From sequence record DRR378314_1373: a stretch of 34,067 bases of DNA; one strand, given 5' to 3'. Below, one piece after another: positions 27,653-34,067 of the stretch. Made by a program: the position numbers and the translations under genes. How positions within the stretch are numbered: position 1 is the first letter of the stretch; every line of letters starts with the position of its first letter. The notes beneath the pieces were generated by a model. It searched no databases. It was given only the letters and a program-made list of their open reading frames with translations, and was not told where the DNA came from.

Positions 27653-28370
27653 GATCCGCGACATCCGCAAATCATTTGGCTCGTTTGAAGTGATCAAGGG
27701 CATCACATTGGACATCAACAAAGGCGAGGTTCTGTGCTTGATCGGTGCCTCCGGTTCCGGCAAGTCGACACTTCTTCAATGTATCAATGGGCTTGAACCC
27801 ATTCAGCAGGGGAAAATCGTTGTTGACGGTACGTCTGTGCATGACAAGAAGACGGACCTGAATCAGCTTCGCCAAAAGCTGGGAATTGTGTTTCAGCAAT
27901 ACAACGCATTCCCACATCTAACGGCCCTAGAAAACGTCGCGCTTGCTCCGCGAACGGTCAAGAAACTGCCCAAAGCGGAGGCCCGGAGCATTGCCCAAAA
28001 GGAACTGGAGTATGTGGGTTTGGGCGACCATACTCACAAGTTCCCTTCGAGCCTTTCAGGAGGCCAACAGCAGCGTTTGGCCATTGCAAGGGCACTCGCA
28101 ATGAAGCCCGACTACATGCTGTTCGACGAAGTGACCTCGGCGCTTGATCCCGAGCTGGTTGGCGAGGTCCTTGAAACTATCCGAAAGCTCAAGGACGCCG
28201 GCATGACCATCGTCATGGTGACGCATGACATCGCGTTCGCCAGAGAAAGCGCAGATCGCGTTGCGTTCTTTGACCAGGGCGTCATTTGCGAAGTCGGGGA
28301 TGCCCGGCAATTGATCACCGAACCCAAAGAAGAACGCACCCGACAATTCCTGCAGCGCGTGCTGCACTAA
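27645..28370 (+). CDS. Amino acid ABC transporter ATP-binding protein (GlnQ-like)
   Basis: GASGSGKST, LSGGQQQR, LFDEVTSALDPE, VTH. Confidence 0.95.
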   Translation: MIEIRDIRKSFGSFEVIKGITLDINKGEVLCLIGASGSGKSTLLQCINGLEPIQQGKIVVDGTSVHDKKTDLNQLRQKLGIVFQQYNAFPHLTALENVALAPRTVKKLPKAEARSIAQKELEYVGLGDHTHKFPSSLSGGQQQRLAIARALAMKPDYMLFDEVTSALDPELVGEVLETIRKLKDAGMTIVMVTHDIAFARESADRVAFFDQGVICEVGDARQLITEPKEERTRQFLQRVLH

Positions 28371-28405
28371 ACCCCACAAACATTACAGAAAGAGGAACCC
28401 CTGCT

Positions 28406-29299
28406 ATGACAATCTGGACAGGTATTTTCCCCGCTGTCACCACCAAACTCACGGAAGGCGGCAATGTCGATATCGAAGCGACCAAATCCAGCATCAACCG
28501 TCTGATTGAAAATGGTGTGTCTGGCGTAATCGTCCTTCCCATGTTGGGCGAAAACGCGTCGATGGAGATGAGCGAACGCGAGGCAATCATTCGCGGTGCC
28601 GTCGAGGTGGCCGATGGTCGGGTGCCCGTCCTATCCGGTCTGGCGGAAACGACACTGACGCGTGCGCAGGCAAATGCAAAGCTCTACAAATCCTGGGGCG
28701 CGCAAGGCCTAATGGTCTTCCCAAGCCTTGGCTACAAGACAGATCCGCGTGAAACTGTAGCTTGGTACAAAGGCGTCGCTTCGGCATCCGATTTGCCGAT
28801 CATGATCTACAACAACCCGATCGCTTATGGCGTCGACTGCACCGTCGACATTCTGACGGAGTTGGTCGACACACCGGAAATCGTCTGCATCAAAGAAGAA
28901 ACCGGCGATATCCGCCGTGTCACGGACCTCTACATCGCTTTTGGCGACCGCTTCAGCGTCTTCTGCGGTGTCGATGACCTGATCGTCGAAAGCTGTGCCT
29001 TGGGCGTAACCGGCTGGGTATCGGGAATGACCAACGTATGGCCCGCAGAAGCGGTCAAGTTGTTCGGTCTTTGCCAAGCAAACAAGTATGAAGAAGCTCG
29101 GAAGCTTTATCGCATTTTGACGCCCTCGTATCACCTGGATGTTCATGTGAAGCTGGTTCAGTACATCAAGCTGGCGGAACACTTGGTCTACGGCGCTCCG
29201 GAATGGGTGCGTGCGCCTCGGCTGCCGCTGGTTGGCGAAGAACGCGAGTACGTGACCCGCACCGTCGAAAAGACCATCGCGGATCTGAAGACCGCCTGA
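28406..29299 (+). CDS. DapA-family enzyme, probable delta1-pyrroline-4-hydroxy-2-carboxylate deaminase
   Basis: [15 protein letters not shown], Schiff-base Lys in [17 protein letters not shown]; pathway context. Confidence 0.85.
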   Translation: MTIWTGIFPAVTTKLTEGGNVDIEATKSSINRLIENGVSGVIVLPMLGENASMEMSEREAIIRGAVEVADGRVPVLSGLAETTLTRAQANAKLYKSWGAQGLMVFPSLGYKTDPRETVAWYKGVASASDLPIMIYNNPIAYGVDCTVDILTELVDTPEIVCIKEETGDIRRVTDLYIAFGDRFSVFCGVDDLIVESCALGVTGWVSGMTNVWPAEAVKLFGLCQANKYEEARKLYRILTPSYHLDVHVKLVQYIKLAEHLVYGAPEWVRAPRLPLVGEEREYVTRTVEKTIADLKTA

Positions 29300-29376
29300 T
29301 CCAACTGGTGTTTGGGCTGCGCCTGGCATTGGCGCGGCCCTTTATCAACGACGCATTCCAGCATCAGGGGCAAGAC

Positions 29377-30903
29377 ATGACGCTTGGCAATAACATTATC
29401 GGCGGTTTCGAAGTTCAGGGAACCGGATCACCCATCCGCGCAATCGAAGCGGCAACAGGTTCACCAATGGAACCAGAATGGAACGGCGCTTCGGAGGAGT
29501 ACGTACAAGAGGCCTGCAAACTGGCGGCTGATGCTGCCGTTGCGTACAGACAGACGCCAGCCGAAACCCGCGCTCGGTTCCTTGAAGCAATCGCTGACAA
29601 TATCCTGGCGCTTGGTGACGAGTTGATCGAACGTTGCATGGCGGAAACGGGATTGCCGCGTGCCCGCGTCGAAGGTGAACGGGGCCGGACCATAGGCCAG
29701 CTACGCCTCATTGCAGAGGTCGTGCGCACGGGCAGTTACCTCGACGTACGCCACGACCCTGCACTGCCAGATCGCCTACCGGCGCCGCGCCCGGACCTGC
29801 GCCTGCAGAACCTACCGGTCGGGCCGGTTGTGGTGTTTGGAGCGTCGAACTTTCCGCTGGCGTTTTCCGTTGCTGGTGGCGATACGGCCTCTGCCCTGGC
29901 CGCGGGTTGCCCGGTTATCGTAAAGGCGCATTCCGCGCATCCAGGAACATCGGAGTTGGTAGGTCGCGCCGTCCGCGATGCCGTTTCAGCTCATGATCTG
30001 CCGCCAGGTGTGTTTGCGTTGATCTATGGCGGTGGCAAGGCCGTCGGGCAAGCGTTGGTTGCTGATCCGCGAATTTCCGCCGTAGGTTTCACTGGATCAC
30101 GTGCAGGCGGAACCGCACTGATGAACACAGCCGCCGCACGCCCGCGACCGATACCTGTCTTTGCAGAGATGAGTTCGATCAACCCGGTGTTCCTCTTCCC
30201 CGGTGCGCTGGAAGAGCGTGCCGAGAGCATCGGCCGGGCTTTTGTCGGAGCTTTGACTTTGGGTGCAGGCCAGTTCTGCACCAACCCAGGGCTCGTCATT
30301 GCGGTCGACGGCGCGCCGCTGGACCGGTTCGTGTCCGCTGCGCAGTCCGCGCTCGAGGAGGCTGCCGCACAGGTCATGTTGACGCCGCAGATTTGCTCTC
30401 ATTACCGGCGGGGCGTCGAGCAGCTTGCGAACAATGACAAAGTTGAAGTTGTTGGCCGAGGACAAGCGGGCGACTCTACCCGAGGTCAAGCGGGCTTGTA
30501 TGCCGTATCGGCAGAACAGTTTCTTGCTGACAGCTCCCTTCAGGATGAGATTTTTGGCGCGACGTCGCTAGTGGTTCGGTGTGCTGATACGGAAGATTTT
30601 CAAAGAGTCGTCGCAGCGCTTGAGGGACAACTGACATGCGCGCTTCATCTGGCGGAAACTGACAAGGATGCGGCGTGGCGCCTGCTACCTCAACTGGAAG
30701 ACCTTGCAGGGCGCATCTTGTGCGATGGATTCGGCACCGGTGTCGAGGTTGCTCATGCCATGGTTCATGGCGGCCCATTTCCGGCAACGTCTGATGGCCG
30801 TTCCACATCGGTCGGTAGCTGCGCAATCGAGCGTTGGTTGCGACCGGTTTGTTATCAGGACGTGCCAGAGGACTTACTTCCAGTTTCCCTTCGCATTGCC
30901 TAA
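29377..30903 (+). CDS. Alpha-ketoglutarate semialdehyde dehydrogenase (NADP-type ALDH)
   Basis: [51 protein letters not shown]. Confidence 0.9.
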   Translation: MTLGNNIIGGFEVQGTGSPIRAIEAATGSPMEPEWNGASEEYVQEACKLAADAAVAYRQTPAETRARFLEAIADNILALGDELIERCMAETGLPRARVEGERGRTIGQLRLIAEVVRTGSYLDVRHDPALPDRLPAPRPDLRLQNLPVGPVVVFGASNFPLAFSVAGGDTASALAAGCPVIVKAHSAHPGTSELVGRAVRDAVSAHDLPPGVFALIYGGGKAVGQALVADPRISAVGFTGSRAGGTALMNTAAARPRPIPVFAEMSSINPVFLFPGALEERAESIGRAFVGALTLGAGQFCTNPGLVIAVDGAPLDRFVSAAQSALEEAAAQVMLTPQICSHYRRGVEQLANNDKVEVVGRGQAGDSTRGQAGLYAVSAEQFLADSSLQDEIFGATSLVVRCADTEDFQRVVAALEGQLTCALHLAETDKDAAWRLLPQLEDLAGRILCDGFGTGVEVAHAMVHGGPFPATSDGRSTSVGSCAIERWLRPVCYQDVPEDLLPVSLRIA

Positions 30904-31011
30904 ACGCCACTCGGCGTGAGTTTTTGCTGGTATCGCTACGCCATTGATAACTGAGCACCCAGTACGTAGTTTGTATTGTAACTTCGTATCCAACTGGAGA
31001 ATTGCACATTC

Positions 31012-31698
31012 ATGGTGGCCCGTAAGCATAAACTCGAGCGCACAAGTGTTCCGGTCGCATTGGCCAACTCACTTCGAGAACGCATTCTGAGTGGCGAATT
31101 TCAGGCAGGTGATGCGATCGTTCAGGACGGTATTGCAGCAGAATACGAGTGCAGCAGAATGCCAGTTCGAGAAGCGCTTCGCCAGCTGGAAGCCGAAGGT
31201 CTAATTGTGACCAAAGTGCACAAAGGGGCGTTTGTGTCGTCGGTTCCTCCTGAACAGGTTTTGGAGCTGTTCGAGCTCAGGGCGATGCTTGAAGTCGACC
31301 TTCTTGAGCGTTCTGTTCCCAATCTCTCGAACGAGGAGTTCGGTGTGTCTGAGGAATTATTGAAGGACTTGGATCGGACTTATGAAACCAATGAAATCTC
31401 AAGTTGGGGAACACTGAACTGGGAGTTTCACAAGAGCCTTTACGCGGGCGCGGACCGCGTTCAAACAATGTTGATCGTCCAAAGCATTAATACACAGGTA
31501 GAGCGCTTCATCAGGCTCCAACTCTCCCTGAATCGGTCATTTGCGACAGCCGAAACAGAACATCATGAACTGTTGCGTTTATGCAGGGAGAAAGACGTCA
31601 AAGGTGCATGCAACCTTCTTCGAAGGCACGTTCTTGACGCTGGCGAGGAGCTAGTGAGCTCCTTGATGTCCAAGACCTCGCCCCAAGATTCACAGTAA
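31012..31698 (+). CDS. GntR/FadR-family (FCD) transcriptional regulator, HypR-like by context
   Basis: wHTH SRMPVREALRQLEAEGL; FCD motifs N.EFH..LY and EHHELL. Confidence 0.92.
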   Translation: MVARKHKLERTSVPVALANSLRERILSGEFQAGDAIVQDGIAAEYECSRMPVREALRQLEAEGLIVTKVHKGAFVSSVPPEQVLELFELRAMLEVDLLERSVPNLSNEEFGVSEELLKDLDRTYETNEISSWGTLNWEFHKSLYAGADRVQTMLIVQSINTQVERFIRLQLSLNRSFATAETEHHELLRLCREKDVKGACNLLRRHVLDAGEELVSSLMSKTSPQDSQ

Positions 31699-31709
31699 CC
31701 GAGCTTAGT

Positions 31710-31814
31710 ATGTCAGAGGCGGTCACATTGACGGTTCCGGACGCAGAGGAACTCTGCCTTTCCGCCTTGCAAAAAATTGTTTCGATGAAAATCACGCCAG
31801 GACAATCGCGGACG
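31710..31814 (+). pseudogene. N-terminal remnant of an Ldh_2/DpkA-like oxidoreductase truncated by IS6
   Basis: MSEAVTLTVPDAEELCLSALQKI, then after a one-base shift FDENHARTIAD, ending at the IS6 IR; resembles type-2 malate/lactate dehydrogenase N-termini. Confidence 0.5.
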
Positions 31815-32622
31815 GGTTTTGTTGCAAAGATTTGCGCCCGTTGAGTTGATTCAGCAATTGCTTGTGAGTCAGGTGGCGAACTCATCGAATTGCTCAAATG
31901 GACAGATTCCGGGAGTGCGTTGACCATCGCGGATCCTGTGTGCCGTCCAGTGTTGCCGCCGCTGAAGCGAAGGCCTTGAACCCTAGCATCTGTCGAGTGC
32001 GTCTCTTGATGAAGCGGAGGTCCTGTTTCACGATGTAATTTAGATACTTCTGCCTGATCATCTCGTTTGGGTTTGGGCAGCCAAAGCCTTTCAGCATCTT
32101 GTTGATGGCTTTGATGCTGGCGGTGTTCGCACCTCTCTTGTCGAGGACGGTCTTTCGTGGAAAAGCTTTACAAACACGCATCCGAGCGAAGAATTTCGTA
32201 GCGCCAGGTTTGTTCCGACGTCCTGAAAGCATGAATTCCAATGTCTTGCTGTGTTTGTCGACCTCTCGGTAGATATAGACCCACGTACCTTTCACCTTGA
32301 TTTAGGTTTCCTCCATCCGCCTGGAGCGGTCACACAGTCCCGTACGCCTGCGCGTTACGTCGGAAATTGCACTAGCTTATTTTGTCACCCAACGATTCGG
32401 CGTCGTGTGATCTACCGCAACGCCACGCTCGGACATGATTTCTTCCAGATCCCCGTAAGAGACACCGTATCGAACATAGAGAAACGCTGCGAACAGGATC
32501 AATTCCTTTGGATATTGCGCGCCTTTGAAGGAAATCATGAGCTGGCTTTCGACTAGTTGGGACCGAAATCCCTCCACGCGCCAACCCCAAGCGCGTCAAC
32601 GCCAAAACTTTGCAACAGATCC
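31815..32622 (-). mobile_element. IS6-family element with inactivated transposase
   Basis: IRs GGTTTTGTTGCAAAGAT and GGATCTGTTGCAAAGTT; tnp (MISFKGAQYPKE...) has stops at 32377 and 32302. Confidence 0.92.
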
Positions 32623-32689
32623 CTTGGTACGCCGCCACTCGAGCTGCTTGAAATCTGAGCATCAGCATTCCTTTGTGGGCCGGAAGTTA

Positions 32690-32830
32690 ATGTGACAACA
32701 CTTAAAGGAACCCCTTGAGGCGAGACATATTGGTCGGAACGTTCATGACCCGCGAATAACCCGATCATGACAGACGAACAACTTGGAAGTACCTGTCCAG
32801 AACCTAGTCGGTGGACTCTTCAAGCTTCTC
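32690..32830 (+). pseudogene. Possible IS630-like transposase remnant
   Basis: Decayed TTLKGTP*GETYWSERS* and VDS/FKL fragments resemble IS630 T..P...THWS.RSMA...FKLS. Confidence 0.3.
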
Positions 32831-32879
32831 ACAATTTTTGCGACACAACCAACCGCCAAGCTCAACGGTGTCTATCATC

Positions 32880-33016
32880 AAGCATGTCTCATATGGATCC
32901 TCGCACCGATCACTTGATCACGCGCCTCGACAAACTCCTCCCCTGGAGTTGCGTTGAACCAGCAGCGTAACAAGCCTCACCGGCACAGCGCCAGAGCGCC
33001 TTTACCGGACGGTCAC
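32880..33016 (+). mobile_element. IS66 right-end remnant
   Basis: H.ITRLDKLLPW matches the IS66 TnpC C-terminus, followed by a degenerate end CCGGACGGTCAC. Confidence 0.6.
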
Positions 33017-33020
33017 TTTG

Positions 33021-33509
33021 TTATGCAGTATTGGGAATGATCAGTGTGGGTATAGAAGAGCGGCGTAATACCCGTTTGACCACAGTTCCGATAAAGGTAT
33101 GCCCGGTACCCTGCTCGTGCGTTCCCATGACGATCAACTGGCAGTTCAATTCAGAAGCTCTTTGTAGGATCATTTCTGCGGAATGCCCGTCAACCAGCTC
33201 AACCGATTTCACTGCAGAGTAGTCCTGTTTTTCGCTTTCGGGCAGCAATTGCACGAAATCCATCTGATTTTTCCTGAGCATTTCCTTTACCGTAGCGTGC
33301 CGATCGCCAATGGCTTTTTTCCGAGATTCATCGTCTTGCAGAAACATCTGAAGTGTGACGATCGCATCCTGAGAAAGAGGCTCAGTCACATGAAGTACGT
33401 GTACCTCCGCATCATAGGCGCGCGCAGTAGACAAAGCGTATCGCAGTGCATTGTCCGAGTTCTTGGACAAATCCGTCGCGAACAGAATGTCCTTGATTTC
33501 AGGTAGCAT
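33021..33509 (-). CDS. Universal stress protein
   Basis: ILFATDLS, VLHV, LIVMGTH, IGTVVKRVLRRS.IP.LII. Confidence 0.92.
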   Translation of the reverse strand: MLPEIKDILFATDLSKNSDNALRYALSTARAYDAEVHVLHVTEPLSQDAIVTLQMFLQDDESRKKAIGDRHATVKEMLRKNQMDFVQLLPESEKQDYSAVKSVELVDGHSAEMILQRASELNCQLIVMGTHEQGTGHTFIGTVVKRVLRRSSIPTLIIPNTA

Positions 33510-33534
33510 GTGAAAATCCTTTCTGTTCGGAGGG

Positions 33535-34067
33535 TCAGTAACCCATCACGCGCGGCAGCCACAGTGCTATTTCTGGGAAGAACGCGATGACAAAGATCGC
33601 AACCGTGTTGATGAACGCAAAAGGTAGAGCGGCGACGGAGATCCGTTCAATCGAAATGTTCGAAATACCCGATGCGATAAACAAATTTTCACCCAATGGC
33701 GGTGTCTGAAAACCGATACCAAGTGTACAGACCATGACAACGCCAAAATGGATCGGGTCGATCCCCATGCTGTATGCGACAGGCAACATTACTGGCACCA
33801 GGATAAGGATAGTTGCCAGTGTCTCCATGAACATACCAACGAAAAGCAAGAAGAATATCACCAGTGTCCAGATGACATAGATGTTGTCTGTGATAGACAG
33901 CATACCGTCAGCAATCACTGCCGGGATCTGATTTTCTACTAAAAGGCGTCCAAAGACTGTCGCGGTGAACATGATCAGCAGCACCCGCCCAGTCAGCCAT
34001 GTGGTCGTCTCTAGCGACGTGAACAACTTCTCCCATGTCAGTTCGCGGTAGATAAACGCACCTACAA
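33535..34067 (-). CDS. TRAP transporter large permease DctM, 5' part outside the window
   Basis: VGMFMET, GIDPIHFGVVM, IGFQTPPLG.NLFIAS, FPEIALWLP. Confidence 0.92.
   Translation of the reverse strand, partial: VGAFIYRELTWEKLFTSLETTTWLTGRVLLIMFTATVFGRLLVENQIPAVIADGMLSITDNIYVIWTLVIFFLLFVGMFMETLATILILVPVMLPVAYSMGIDPIHFGVVMVCTLGIGFQTPPLGENLFIASGISNISIERISVAALPFAFINTVAIFVIAFFPEIALWLPRVMGY

Noticed and set aside
28406-29299. Housekeeping dapA for lysine synthesis
   Set aside because: Lacks the GTTGE motif, and the context indicates a hydroxyproline-pathway deaminase
1-34067. CRISPR arrays, tRNA/rRNA genes, long tandem repeats, active transposons
   Set aside because: None seen by eye; all IS6 transposases carry stops or frameshifts and no target-site duplications were found

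Overview
Accessory, probably plasmid- or island-borne DNA from an alphaproteobacterium (Rhodobacteraceae/Roseobacter-like by protein style; inferred, not proven). Three degenerate IS6-family elements (1-645, 22268-23092, 31815-32622) divide it into two cargo modules. Module 1 (646-22267) is a group-5 soluble di-iron monooxygenase operon (propane/acetone-type prmABCD, amidohydrolase, DUF59 protein, GroEL paralogue, Zn-ADH) behind a near-perfect sigma54 promoter. It carries its own GAF-AAA+ activator and its own divergent rpoN. It also holds an RHH regulator, glyoxalase I and Tat-exported GMC dehydrogenase unit, plus several uncharacterised accessory genes (WD40 protein, small helical proteins, a DUF5677/HEPN-like protein, a GNAT). 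Module 2 (23093-31814) is a GntR-controlled hydroxyproline catabolic cluster: epimerase, D-amino acid dehydrogenase, ABC transporter, deaminase and alpha-ketoglutarate semialdehyde dehydrogenase. Its last gene (Ldh_2-like) is cut by IS6. The window ends in IS remnants, a universal stress protein and a partial TRAP large permease. All calls come from motif recognition by eye; no searches were run.
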